64,000 bases of DNA from Hypanus sabinus (lineage: Eukaryota). A program made the translations under genes and the position numbers. The stretch spans positions 61,442,001 through 61,506,000 of the forward strand of contig NC_082712.1 in NCBI RefSeq assembly GCF_030144855.1, written 5' to 3'. Below the pieces are notes generated by a model, which saw nothing but the letters and a program-made list of their open reading frames with translations, ran no database searches and was not told where the DNA came from. How positions within the stretch are numbered: position 1 is the first letter of the stretch; every line of letters starts with the position of its first letter. This document shows, piece after piece, positions 25,952-38,618 of the stretch.

Positions 25952-26057
25952 CTGGAGAGAGATAGTTTTTGAGAAATCCTTGGATGTAACTCGGTCGCAG
26001 AATGCTGGTAATATACACTTCCCATTGCTCTAAATTTGCTTTCTCAACTGCTGTCAT
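25952..26057 (-). CDS. DDX58: RIG-I exon 1 (coding part)
   Basis: aaaATG...CCAG|gtttgt; 106 nt. MTAVEKANLEQWEVYITSILRPSYIQGFL versus human [29 protein letters not shown]. Phases of exons 1-5 join in frame. Confidence 0.92.
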
Positions 26058-26367
26058 TTTGAATCACTGATTTGTTTTAAATATGAATACTGACTGTGAT
26101 CCCCATTGATGATCCGAGCTCTCCACTTCCGCGGCAGGACGGGTTTGCACCTCGGCAGTACTGTTTATAATTGAAGAGTCTCCGCCTTCATTTGCGTAAT
26201 TTACGAAAAAGCAATACTTACGGCTGCACACTTGAGAACCAGATGGTAAACATTTAATGTACAGCAACGGTCTCATCCGGGCAAAAAGAAACGCAAATGT
26301 TGAAGGCAAAATTGCTTGAAGTGATTTTTGCTTTTTTTTTAAAAAATCGTTTTTTCTTAATCTGTAT

Positions 26368-26468
26368 CAGTTTCGATTCCTTTATCGGTTTCGTTTCCCC
26401 CGTCTTTGTTCATAGATTCTCAAATTGCATTCCACCGCTGAGGCTGTAACTCACGCTAAGTTTCGTTC
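26368..26468 (-). promoter_or_regulatory. ISRE/IRF-E cluster upstream of DDX58
   Basis: cagtttcgattcc (26368-26380), ggtttcgtttcc (26387-26398; GGAAACGAAACC on minus) and aagtttcgttc (26458-26468), 310-410 bp upstream of the ATG. Confidence 0.75.
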
Positions 26469-27397
26469 ATACACCAGTTCTCGGGTACTTGGGTAAAGAA
26501 GGGGATAAATTGGATAGCACGGGACAATACTGCCCCAGGGTTACACAAAATAGGCCACTTGTCAGTGGTTTACTGAGGCTAGTGATTTTCGCAGGAATTC
26601 CCTTGTCTTTGGTCATGGCAGAGTATCTATTGCTGATATTTTTGGGGGCTGGGAGTTAACTAAGCATCTGACATGGTAGGCCAAAGGCAGGTACTAGGAA
26701 CGATTGTATTATAGTGGAACTCTTTATGGATATAGTGCACTGACCATCATTTACTTTGAGCCAAGGGATTGAGGCTCTTTTTTCGCTGGGACATAAACAG
26801 GGTTTATGTTTATATACCATTATATCTCTATAACCTGTGGAATAATTGGGAAAACTTGCTCACTTCTACTTGATCTTAGCTCTCATTAAGTAGAGGGCAT
26901 CAGTCACCTTCGCAAGTATTAGTGTGCTTGGAATTTTAAGGTTGGGTATGTCTCCAGCTCAACAAATTTGGTGTGATTGTCTATTTAGAGCTGGGGCTGC
27001 AATATGTAGCAGATGCTGTGGTAACCTTACAGCCTCAATCATAATCTTTTAGCCACTAAGTTAGATTCTCAGAACCTCAATGCAAGTTGAGCTCCCTCTA
27101 AGAGTTCTCCCCCAGTTCCACCATGTTGTCCTATTGGGCTCTGATCTCCACCTCCTCTGTGGTATTCTGATGGCTAAGAGGTCAGCAAAACACCACATCT
27201 CAACACTAAGGTCAAGTAGTACCCATCTTCAGCTTTCTTCTGCAGCACTTTGAAATTCCTCACTTTCTCCAAGTTACAAAACACACTTTTCCATAATAAA
27301 TTCTCCATGAGCAAGTCTCAAACCTCCGCTGATCTTTTCAAAATGAGCTCAATGAGCTTTGTGGTTTGTGCTCAAATGGCCCAGTCCAATTTTATAG

Positions 27398-27676
27398 CTC
27401 AGTGCCACAACAGGTTAGCACAAGGTTTTACAGCACAGGCACCCAGGTTCAATTCTCCTAGCTGCCTGTAAGGAGTTTCTATTTTCTCCCCGTGACCATG
27501 TGGGTTTCCTCCCAGAGTCCAAAGCCGTACTGGTTGTTAGGTTAATTGGTCATTGTCCTGTAATTGGGCTAGGACTAAATTGGGGGGGGGGGGGGAGGAT
27601 TGCTAGATATCATGACTTGAAGAGCTGGAATGGCCTATTCCGTACTGTATCCTAATTAAATTAATCAATCAATAAA
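27398..27676 (+). mobile_element. V-SINE (HE1-like)
   Basis: B-box ggttcaattct, V-domain, tail shared with the 15584 copy. Confidence 0.7.
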
Positions 27677-28314
27677 TGTCACTCTCTATTCCAGGCACCC
27701 AGAACTTGATTCTGACCTCAAGTACTACTTAGCCTGTTCGCTTGGTGAGGGTGTGGGTTTCCACTAGTACACTGGTTTTCTCCCATGCCCTAGAGACATG
27801 TTGGTAGCTTATGGCTACTGTGAATTCGCCCCTGCTGCAGCTGGGTGGCAAAATCAAAGGTGGGCGAGCACATGAGAGAACATAGAGAAGTTGTAGGGTT
27901 ACAGATGACAGAACATACGCCCATGCAGAAAAACGAGATCTCATAATGTTATTAAATTCAAATGTCTGAAAAATGTACACACATTCTTTTTGTATATTTA
28001 TTCAAGAGATGTGGGCATGAAAGGCTGAGACAGTATGGAATGGCCCATTGCTGGTTGCTCTTCAGAAGCTGGTTGTGAGCTGACTTTTAAAACCACTGAA
28101 ATTCTTGAGATGCGGGTATACACAAATCCCGTTAGAGATGAAGTTGCAGAATTTTGATCCATTGGTGAAGCAATGATGAGATATTTTAAAGTCAGGAGGG
28201 AGGTGTGCTAACAAATCAGAATCAAGATTAATACCACTGGCATATGTTGTGAATTTTGTTGTTATGCAGCAGCAGTACTTTGCAATACATAATAAAAACT
28301 GTGTTAAAGTATAT

Positions 28315-28855
28315 ATAGTCATAGAAAAGTACAGCACAGAAACAGGCCCATCTAGTCGACACCAAACTATTTAAACTGCCTACTCCCATCGACCTGCACT
28401 GAGACCATAGTTCTCCATACCGCTAATATCCAAACTTCTCAAACATCGATATCAAGCTCACGTGCACCATTGCAATGGCAGCTTGTTCCATGACCCTCTG
28501 AGTCAATGTTTCCCCTCATACTTTTCATCTTGCACTCTTAACCCATGACCTCTAGTTGTAGTTCCACCCCTCAGTGGAAGCCTGCTTGTATTTACTCGAT
28601 CTATACACCTCATAATTTTGTATACCTCTATCAAATCTCATCACGAAGGAATAAAGACTTAAGCTATTCAAACTTTTCAAATAACTCAGGTCCTCCAGAC
28701 CTGGCAACATCCTTGTAAATTTTCTCTGTACTCTTTCAACCTTATTTGCATCTTTCCTGTAGGTCAGTGACCAAAACTGCACACAATACTTGAAGTTAGG
28801 CTTCACCAATGTCTTATGCAACTCCAACATAACATCCCATCTTCAGTACTCAATA
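28315..28855 (-). mobile_element. CR1 LINE 3' fragment
   Basis: ORF 28552-28830 has LVKPNFKYCVQFWS..ERVQRKFTRMLPGL. Confidence 0.8.
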
Positions 28856-29237
28856 ACATATATAAAGTTAAATAAGTAGTGCAAAAAGAGGTAAAGTAGT
28901 GAGATAGTGTTGAAATGGCAGACCTAGTACCTCTCTCTCCTTTTCCAGTTTTAAATACTTGTTTCTTATCAGTGCTTTAGATGCCATTCATTACAACACT
29001 TTGGAGATGATTACCATAAATATTTTTAGTGTATTTTGCTTATAAATTAATCAACTTTGGGCTACCTGTAGCACCTCAGACTGCATCTAACTCCAGGACA
29101 GCTTAAGGAAGGAGAACATGCAATTGATGGGATTGCTCTGCTAAGAGGCAGCATAGACCCAAATGGCTTCCTTCTGTAATGACATGGAGCCAGCAGTAGA
29201 GGAAGGTCAATGCTGCCATCAGTTACCCCACCTCTGG

Positions 29238-29515
29238 GGTGCCACGGTAGTGAAGTGGTTAGTGTGATGCTATTGCAGCTCAGGGTGTTGGAGTTCAGAA
29301 GTTCAATCCTGGTGTCCTGTGTCAGGAGTTTGTACATCCTCCTTGTGGAATGTATGGGTTTTCCCAGTGCTCCGGTTTCCCCCCACATTCCAAAGATGTA
29401 CTGGGTGGGTTAATTGGTCATTGTAAGTTGTCCCATGATTGGGTTAGAGTTAAATCAGGTTTGTTGGGTGGCATGGCTTGAAGGGCTTATTCCGCACTGT
29501 ATCTAAATAAATAAA
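29238..29515 (+). mobile_element. V-SINE (HE1-like)
   Basis: A/B boxes, gctccggtttcccccacattccaaag, (taaa)n tail. Confidence 0.75.
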
Positions 29516-32490
29516 TATAATATGCTTGGAGTGAAATCGCCAGTATTATTTATAAGACCCAATTTTGTGCTCAACCATGCCAGAAAGCGTTTACTATTAC
29601 GATCAAGTTGAGGCAAACAGGTTCAGCTTGAAGCAAATTTTGCTAGTGTCTTGAAATCTTTAGGCAAAGTACACCAGGATCGGAGCTTAAGATTCATAAC
29701 ACAGGAGCCCATTGTGGAAGTGCTAGCGCTTTATTTAAAAAGTCAGAACAGGAGGAGGGCATTAGGCCCTGAAAACAAAACTCAACTTCAACAGCTACCC
29801 AATCCTCAATGATGGCTAGTAGTGAAAGTCAACATTAAAACATTTACTACTATGTTGAGCTGGAACTGCAAGGGATGACCCATCTTTGGATCAATGAATT
29901 GTGCTGGAGTCTATGCATGGTAATTGTAAGGCAAATCTATACCTTTGTTCCTTTTTGTCCCTGATTTTTTTTGACTCCATCTTTATAGGCAGCGATTTTT
30001 GCCTATGTTGCCAAAAAAAAAGTTTTCCCTCACCTCCTCTGTCTCTCTGCCATTTAAATTTGCACCTCCAGTTCCTTGAAAAACTACAGCCCCAAACATT
30101 TGTCCCTTGCTTCAACCTCTTCAAAATTGAAATCTTGTACCTCTTTGTCTCCTTTCAATTCTGTGTTCCTAGCTGAGCAATTTTGATTTCTCATCTAACC
30201 TGTTGCTGATATCTCAACACTGAAACCACTCAAACATCACCTACAGGACCTTCTCATCCTTTCTAAAATATGACAAATAGATTTGTGTATAATGACAAGG
30301 TACTTAAAAGAAAATTACAGTTCTTTTTTACATGCAACAAGGAATTAAGAGTTGGATGTGTATTTGATGTTGTCATCATGCTGAATAAGGGACATACAGA
30401 ATGTAATCAATAAGGTCTCAATTAACTCAGGATGAAGGAATGAGGACAGATCTGCTCTCTAGTCATTGCTTTTCAGGAATTTTTTTTATGTTTCCAAAAT
30501 TATTTTACCAGTATTCATAATTTAAAGACACGTTAGGAAAGAGGGAGCAAGAGCTTGGGGGTGGTAAGATGGAGACATGATAGAACAACAGAAATAGCCA
30601 TGTGCTAATTTTGATGTAACACAAAGTGCTTGAGTATTTTTGACAATTTAGCATTTCACCAACAATGATTATTTATCAAAGCCTTTTGGGGAAAAAAAAA
30701 TCACAATTGTAAGATACCCTGTAAAGCAAAACAAAATAATCAGATTACTAATTGTAATGCCAGGTGGGACACAAACTAATTTACAGAATAAAGTGCAGGA
30801 TAAACCATCCACCCCTGTAATTCACAGAATTTTATTAATGTTTAAGACAATATTTAACATTATGAAACAACTTCATATAATCAAATTTCCTAAGCCCCAA
30901 ACCCACAGACTGGCAGTTCACCTAAGAAATTGCACTTAAGTATGAAACTGGATTACATATTCAATATCTTGTAGCTGGATTCAATCCTTTTTCTAGATGA
31001 CATACTATTAACATTGCCACTGACAGTACATTTGGGTATGCCAGTGAATTGAGGATCCAAGGCTGCAGCCTCATCTCCTGCCCATGCTGATAGCACCTCT
31101 TCTTGCTAGAAACACAAGATTGTGGAATTACAAGACTGTGAGAACACCAGTGTGGGACTGATAATGAGGACAGGTCTCTCCATATCATTAACAAGTGGCA
31201 TTGTTTGACAATCTCCACAACTTACTTTTGCTAGAACACTGCACAATGAACATAGTTGAGTATGCAGTTTGCTCAATATCTTACAATTTAAACAGCATAT
31301 TTTAAAATGGATATCAACCACAAAATGTTCTTCACACAATAACATGCTGTTCATGTCTTATATCTTGTGTCACAAAAGCTGCTCATTTGGTTAAATAGTA
31401 GTCACTTAGGACAAAATAGGTGATCATCTCAAAAATGAAGAAGAGCATTCAACCAAAATGACAGTCTGAGAATTTAACTTCTTTTACTAATTTTTACTTA
31501 TTTGTTTTATAGAATCAGTTTCAGCTTCCTACTGAATATGTAACTTTTGGCTAATACTGCTGTAATTTCCATCCTGACCGCCTTTAGCAATATTGGATTC
31601 ATCCTTTACAAATTCAGATGATTTACCGTATTTAAGTCCAGTTAGTTTTTTAGCTGACCACCCCCCCCCATCCATTTCATTACTGTTGTATTATCTGCAC
31701 TATATCCTCCTTTATTGTGATTTCAGCAACATTTTCTTCTCACCCCCCGCTCCATGAGTTGGTCTCCTTTTTGCCTGTTTGAGCTCTCCTGACATTTTGT
31801 TATCCCATCACCAAATGATTATAGATTTTTTTGCTTACATTTTGTTTTAGATTCTTTTACCCTCTATGGTAAAATTTCTGTTAATTAATCTTAATTTCTT
31901 AACCATTTTGTAAATCTCACTTGTATCATCAATCTGACATTTGCCCCTTTTCCTGCTTTTGTTATCCACAAACTCTGGCTTTAATTTCCTAATCTTTCTC
32001 CTCCTGGAATATATCAAGATTGCAATGGAACAAGCTCCTCAAAACCATTTTACTGTTTTAAGTTTTGTTTTGAGGCCAGATCTCTCCTCACCACATTGAT
32101 TTGCCTTCCTTCAATTGATTTGTTTTAGCTCAGAGCGGTGCATATTTGTTTTTCCAAAATTGTATCTTATGCCACTATGGTTGCAGTTTCTGAAACATTT
32201 TCTAATGATACTTGCAACATTTCACACAATTTTGAGGAACATTGTCTCAATTTTTAACTGCATTCCATTTGTGGTTTCTAAATGACAATAAACTGAATCT
32301 GAATTTATCCATCATGACTAGATCCAGCAATGCCAAAAACAAATTCATTGAAACTTCTGAATGCACTTTAACTTCCTTCCCCTCTTCTGTAAACTTTTCC
32401 CCTTATGTCATTACTACTTCGGTTAATGTTACGATACTTGAAATACCCCATTAGCTATGCACTCTTTGGCTTTTCCACTCAGTAATTTCA

Positions 32491-32815
32491 GAATGACCTG
32501 GAGAGCTATGCTGGCTGGGGTCAGGGCTTCATGCTTTGGCTCTTGGTAGGGTCACCCATTCCAAACAGGTCAAAGGGTAGAGGCCAGACTAAGAGTGCTC
32601 CACTGATCCTCCAGGTTCAGTTCAGGCATAATAAACCTGATGCAGCGATGAAGAATCCATCTTCATCTGAGTGCAACTGTATTCCCGAGTCCCCACCCGG
32701 GACTTGTAGTGAAAACTGAGAAGAAGCTACTGACACGATAAAGAAAGCTCTGAATGCTGCTAGAGATGGGGTGTCTTTCATTGCTGTCCTAAACGCCAGT
32801 GGCGTAATAGGCAGA
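32491..32815 (+). mobile_element. Second, 5'-truncated copy of the short RTE-derived element
   Basis: Colinear with ~13082-13410 (ggagagctatg...ccaaacaggtcaaagggtagagg...ctttcattgctg). Confidence 0.7.
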
Positions 32816-34159
32816 AGGACCAAGAGTAGTGATCTTCTGATCCTCACCCTCCACTCCACTATTCTCTACAGTCAATGGATCACCCTTCATAATTTCCAGT
32901 ACCTTCAACTTGAAAGGCACCTGGCACATCTCTCCCTTCAGCATTTTTGTTCACTCTTTTTATCCCTGTAACTTTCACATCTCCAATGCCCATCAAACCT
33001 CAGGGGATACAACACGTGCCCTTTTACATTTACCCTCCCAAGAACCTAAATAAACCTCCCAGTAGAGCAACAATTCACTTCTGTTTGTTACGATTTAGTG
33101 TATTGAATTTAATACTCACATTTACAACAGTGAAATCAAAAACAGATGGAAGCACTGCCTTCATTCAGCTATCAGGAATGACCCTTAGTTACCAGTTGCC
33201 CTTCACTAGTTCTCCACCCTCCTCACACAGATGTCACTCTTTGGCCTCCTATACTGTTCCAACAGAAGCTCATCAAACATTATCTCATCTACTCTAAATC
33301 TTAATATGAATTTCAGTATTAATTAGTCTTCCTACTTTTGTATCAGAAATGTCTACTTCCAAAGGGGAAATCAACCCCTAAAGCAGACTTCATGTTTATC
33401 CCCCATTATAGATGTTGCTTGAACTGCTTATTTCCAGAATTCACATTTACACTTTCTTCCTTTCTGTTCCTGCACATCTCTTTCAAACTGGTCAGCTTTG
33501 ATTAACAAGCCTTCATCAGCACCAGCACATTCACTTCTGCTATTCAATTTCATTGGTCTCCATCCTCTACAGATATTGCCACTGTTGTCTTCATTTCCTC
33601 TGCAACTCGGAACACTTTTTTTGAGATCAAATGAAAGCTTATGGATCTAAGAGATTAACTGTTTCAGATGCTAACTTTCTTAACAGTTGAAAGAGTTTTA
33701 TTTCAGATTTCCAGCATCTGCAATCTTCTACATTTAAGCCCTTCAACATTTTGGCAGAGGGACTTGAATTTTCACATTTCTATTATGGTCAATTTACAAT
33801 GGAATAAAACAGAATGATTACATATGCATCTTTAAAGCACCATTTATAGCCTTGAGATGTAATTGGAAGTATCTTTGCAGTATAATCACTACCATAATGT
33901 AGGAGTTCATGAATAGAATTAGAACATTAAATTTTATCAAGAGATTTAAACCATCTTCTTCATTGACTTTCTTTTGAACCAACTTTCTAGAAAGTTTGCC
34001 AGGAAGTCATCTATAATACTTCACAATGCTCCTGAGAATTTTAATAACATTACAAGATTTTTTTCAAATTACACAAACACATAATTAATTATATTCCTTA
34101 ATTCAGAATCAATGTACTACCATCATTTTTCTTGTTTTCTGAAAGTCTTAAGCAGGGCA

Positions 34160-34700
34160 ACAGAAAGCTACAACATCTTGTTGGGTCCAGTCAGAAAACC
34201 ACACTTTAAAAAAGATGTGAAGGCTTTGGAGAAGGTACAGAAAAGATTTATCAAAATTATTCCTTGTTTGAAGGATATTAATTATGCAGATTGTCTGGAA
34301 AGGATAGGGATGTTCTCCTTGGAAAAGAAGAGAGGGATCTTAAAAGGGGATTTAAATCATGAGGGACAGAGACAGATTGGGTAAAGAGGAGCTGCCCATT
34401 GGCAGAGGCATCAAAAACCACAGGTCACAGAACAAATTGATTTGCAAAAGAACCAAATGTGACATGAAGATGATTATTTTTCATGGAGAGTAATTGGTCA
34501 GAATCTGGAATGCACTGTCAAGAGAGCTGTTGAAGACAGTTTTTAACTGCAGAATTCAGAAGACAACATAAGTATCTAAAAGGAAAGAATTTTCAGAGCT
34601 ACAGGAAAATGGCAGGGAAAAAGGTCCAGGTGCACTCCTCATAAGATTAAAAGAGTATGGCCTCAATGGGCCATATATTCGCCTTCCATGCTGCAGCCAT
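34160..34700 (+). mobile_element. Old CR1 3' fragment
   Basis: PHFKKDVKALEKVQKRFIKIIPCL..LERIGMFSLEK. Confidence 0.7.
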
Positions 34701-34938
34701 TCTGTGAAGAACACCAGAAACCTGCTTGTTAGGATACAGAACTAAACTGTTACCCTGTTGATTTGTTACTGCTGGTGAAGCCTTTTTGAAGCTTGGGACT
34801 TCAGAACTGGTCAATGATCCAATAGATACAGCTGGCAATGGAGTTTCCACATCTCTTCAAAGTATCTCTCAATATGGTCTGCAGAAATTCCACCAGAAAA
34901 TGTAAAAACTATTCTTGCAATATGATTTTAAAAAAAGC

Positions 34939-34944
34939 TTTATT
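34939..34944 (-). terminator. Candidate TOPORS poly(A) signal (AATAAA)
   Basis: tttatt on plus, ~530 nt downstream of the TOPORS stop. Confidence 0.45.
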
Positions 34945-35474
34945 GCCAATTTGATTGTTCTATTTATTTGGCAACTCTTTTAGAACATTCAAGTATGATT
35001 ATTTACAGAAGTGCATGTGCCATTAACCTCTCTGAAAACTCCTGCCTGCAAACTGTATGATTACTAAGGGCTAACTTATGTGATCTACTTTTGGCAATGA
35101 TAAAATCATGATGAAAAGACAACACTTATATAAATTAATCCACATAACTTCTCACAACTTCACACAGCAATAGTCTAACCTTAAAATGCAAAAGCTATAA
35201 AAGTCCCGATGTGCAGGTGCACCATACATCTTCCCGGTCACAGCATAGCAGTATCTGCACGCAAAACCTATTAGTTCAGTATTAACAGTAATGTCGCAGG
35301 AATCCTTTATTTTTTTAAGCAAATCTGTACATCTGATGCTAGCCTGATGACTACACATTTAGTAATCTGCTTGTTGCTACATTATCAACCTAATAAATTT
35401 GCCTGGAGTGGAAGTGGAGGGTGGGTAGGAGGAGAAATTTCCAAATTCAAACTACTTGTCTCAGGAAACCATTT

Positions 35475-38400
35475 CTATGCATTTTCCATTGAACTGTTAA
35501 ACAGATTGGTGCCATTAAAGAACCTCTTTGGAATTTTCAGTATCAAAGGTGGTCTGTCTGAAGTGCTTTTAGAAAGAGTTGTCCTTGGTGAAGGACAACG
35601 CCGTCCATTATCTTGCTCATGCCCCTTAAAGTTCTGATAATCACCTGCATCATTTACTGGATTTACACCTTCTTGTTTAAGACAAGTCTGTCTGCTTGAA
35701 TGTGGAGGAACAAGATCAGAATCAGTGGGAAGCCCACACACATCCAAGGACTCTGTGCTGGTATTTCCGAATAAAATATCATCGGTGGCACTGGGAAGAT
35801 CCTGGGCAATTTGAGTCCCTGTGAGGTGTTGTTCACCAAGATCAAAACTACTATTATTAAGAAGATTGGTGGTTTTGTTCACAGTGCTGTTGTCACTGTC
35901 CACATCTGCAACAACCACCTCATCACTATCACTTTCAATAGTTATGACAAGTGGTGAATGATTTGTGTGATCTGTCCTTTCGCTGCTTTTCTCCTTCCTC
36001 TGTTTCTTGTGTTTCTTTTTTCGCTTATGTCGCCTGCTTGCCTCCGTTGCCTTTCCCTCGTACACTATTTCCACACTGGAACTCTTCCGCTTCTCTCTGC
36101 GCTTTTTCATCTTGGGTTCACTGCTTATGGTGCTCTCAGCCACCAATGAGCCACTTTTTGAGTAGCTACTGCATTGTGAATGAGGCCTGGGAGAGCTGCC
36201 CTCCCTTCTAGGCAGAGTGTGAATCTCTGACGATATCTTAGCAATCTGTAAATTCTCATTTCTGTCATCCTTGTTGGATGAACTTTCCAAATAATGAGAC
36301 TTATATTTTCTTTTGCCTCCTGGTTTTTCTTGTCTTGATCTATCAGTTCGCCCTGAGGTAGTTCTAGACCGGGAACTCGATGGACTTCTTGAACGATAAT
36401 TTCTGTACTGATAATAGACATCTTCCCTGTGACTACTTGGGCTTCTGAAACTTGTACTTTCAGAACTAGATCGAATTCTATAATCCGAACAAGGTGACGT
36501 TCTTCTATAGCGAGTTCTATTTCTGGTTATGGAATCATGACCTTTGTGTGTTCTACTGTGGTAACTATATCTTTCCCACTGGTATGAGAAGCCCCTGTCT
36601 CTCTCCTGATATTCCCTCATATATCTGCATGTCCTGTCTCTACTTCTGGATCTTCTTCTGTCCCTCACTGATGCATAGCTTCTGCTCCAAGAGCGTGATC
36701 TAGGTCGGTGCCGGTAAACCACGACGTCACTGTTCTGTGACCTTGTGCGACTTCTCGTAGATGACGCTCTCTCTCGGTTCCTAGACCTCTTTCTGCTCCA
36801 TGTTTGATAGGTGCAGGTTTCTTGACTGGCTGACCTGCTTCTATCCTCTAAATAATATTGATCTCTGTTAGACCTTTGGCTCCTGTCCTTGATTTGATGC
36901 TCGCTTCTGCAGTAAGAGTAAGCCACCATAGTTCTGTCTACGCTATCTGATCGTTGGTGTCTCCGAGGATCATGCTTGTCTCTGCTTTGTGATCGAAACT
37001 TGGATCGATCCTTGGAACTGCTTCTGACTCTACTTGATGCCCTTGCTTTGTGTCTGCCTGAAGATGAGGTGCTGCCTCCGGAATGGGAAGTCTTTTTGCG
37101 ATGCTTCTCCCTTTTCGATTTATTCCTCTTCTTCCGTTTTGACTTCTTTCTTTTCCACCGGTCCCTGGAGATAGAGGATCTGGTTGAGGACGACCTGGTT
37201 GACAAGCAGCAACTGCTGGTGCTGCTGCTGTGGAAATGTGTGTGCACAGGCTGCGCAGCAACTTCTGTGCTCGTTTCATGTATGGACACCTCAGAGTCTG
37301 AACTCAGTTCAATAAGCTCAGGGGTCCTTTCAGCCAAAGGCTTCACGTAACCCACAATTAAGCAATCATCTCCCGAGCGAGTCGAACTGTCTTCCTTTGT
37401 ACCAGGATCAGCCTTTATTGGCACCACAGGCAACATTGACTCGGGCTGCATTGCAGCCTCTTCAGAATCAGAGGCTTCCTCAGGTGAGGAATTCCCAGCC
37501 TCTAAGGTCTGTGTGACTGAGTAGGAAGGGCCAGGTGTTTCATCATCCCACGTTGACTGACTTAGGCTAAGAGCCAGATCTGAGGGATTAGGTGTTGGTC
37601 TGTCTGTTTGCAGAGGATCAGCAGCATCAGGTGAAATTGCAATTACAGACAAATCTGAGTCACTTTCTTCCTCATAGGATGGGGCTGGACAGTCATAGTT
37701 GGCCCTCTGGTCATACGATTCCATGTTAAATGGAGCTCTGGCGAAACTGATAAACTCATGCAAAAAGTGGTCAGTGCGGTTAAGCAGGAACGGTCTCAAT
37801 TCTTCTTGGAATGCCTCACCCTCCATATCGTACCGGACAATGTTGGACATGATGACGTGTTGCACAATGTTGACAATTGAGCCGTGAGAGCCAAACAAGA
37901 CACAGAGCTCCCTCTTCAGCCACGGCATCAGGCGATGGAGGCAAGCAGCATTACGGCGGAAGAAGTCAGCAGAGACATCACGGTAGCGGCCGCCATCCTG
38001 CACATTCCTGACCCGCACCCCCGACCGGTATAATTCGCGCCGGAAGTTGACCATCTCTTGTTCTTGGATTTGCCGAGCGGACACACCTTGGGACTGTGCC
38101 CTCCTCCGGGCCCTCAGCCGACTCATCATGCGACGCAAGTTGCGGCTCTGTTGTGCCCGGGGCTGTCGACCCAGTCCCTCAAACACCACTCCATTGTCAG
38201 GCAACTGCGAAATAACCGGAGAGCTCCGAGGCTGGTGAGCCATACGGCGCTCCCTGGTTAAGGTTGTGCGATATCTAAATCTCTGGCCACCTGGACTGCC
38301 AAATGAGCCATTCTCCGTTGCCTTCAGGACATACTCTTGGAAATCATTTTCAGTTCGTACACTGTGGAAAATGGAGTTGAAAGGCTGCTTACACAGTGGG

Positions 38401-38618
38401 CATTCTGCTTTGTTACGGGACCATTCCTGAATGCAACGAAAGCAAAATTTGTGGAAGCAACGATCGATGTAAGACATGTTGTCAAATCTGTCCAGACAGA
38501 TTGGACATTTTGCATCAGGCGATACGTCGCCCCGCATTCCATGCTGAATTTTGCTGGTTTCAGGTTCTGGAGAAAATTGGTTCTCTGCATTCAAATCCTC
38601 TGTGGTTGATGCCATCAT
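35475..38618 (-). CDS. TOPORS: TOPORS E3 ubiquitin/SUMO ligase, large terminal coding exon (1047 aa)
   Basis: Acceptor ttttcag|ATGATGGCA. C3HC4 RING CPICLDRFDNMSYIDRCFHKFCFRCIQEWSRNKAECPLCKQPF, LHRLMPWLKREL domain, SIM-like LIELSSDSE/VEIVYEG/VITIESDSD, RS-rich region. The first 24 aa of the listed ORF are intronic. Confidence 0.97.
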   Translation of the reverse strand: MMASTTEDLNAENQFSPEPETSKIQHGMRGDVSPDAKCPICLDRFDNMSYIDRCFHKFCFRCIQEWSRNKAECPLCKQPFNSIFHSVRTENDFQEYVLKATENGSFGSPGGQRFRYRTTLTRERRMAHQPRSSPVISQLPDNGVVFEGLGRQPRAQQSRNLRRMMSRLRARRRAQSQGVSARQIQEQEMVNFRRELYRSGVRVRNVQDGGRYRDVSADFFRRNAACLHRLMPWLKRELCVLFGSHGSIVNIVQHVIMSNIVRYDMEGEAFQEELRPFLLNRTDHFLHEFISFARAPFNMESYDQRANYDCPAPSYEEESDSDLSVIAISPDAADPLQTDRPTPNPSDLALSLSQSTWDDETPGPSYSVTQTLEAGNSSPEEASDSEEAAMQPESMLPVVPIKADPGTKEDSSTRSGDDCLIVGYVKPLAERTPELIELSSDSEVSIHETSTEVAAQPVHTHFHSSSTSSCCLSTRSSSTRSSISRDRWKRKKSKRKKRNKSKREKHRKKTSHSGGSTSSSGRHKARASSRVRSSSKDRSKFRSQSRDKHDPRRHQRSDSVDRTMVAYSYCRSEHQIKDRSQRSNRDQYYLEDRSRSASQETCTYQTWSRKRSRNRERASSTRSRTRSQNSDVVVYRHRPRSRSWSRSYASVRDRRRSRSRDRTCRYMREYQERDRGFSYQWERYSYHSRTHKGHDSITRNRTRYRRTSPCSDYRIRSSSESTSFRSPSSHREDVYYQYRNYRSRSPSSSRSRTTSGRTDRSRQEKPGGKRKYKSHYLESSSNKDDRNENLQIAKISSEIHTLPRREGSSPRPHSQCSSYSKSGSLVAESTISSEPKMKKRREKRKSSSVEIVYEGKATEASRRHKRKKKHKKQRKEKSSERTDHTNHSPLVITIESDSDEVVVADVDSDNSTVNKTTNLLNNSSFDLGEQHLTGTQIAQDLPSATDDILFGNTSTESLDVCGLPTDSDLVPPHSSRQTCLKQEGVNPVNDAGDYQNFKGHEQDNGRRCPSPRTTLSKSTSDRPPLILKIPKRFFNGTNLFNSSMENA

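Noticed and set aside
30680-31400. Unique-looking intergenic block with short minus ORFs and a gtaag donor
   Set aside because: No recognisable protein similarity or consistent exon structure.
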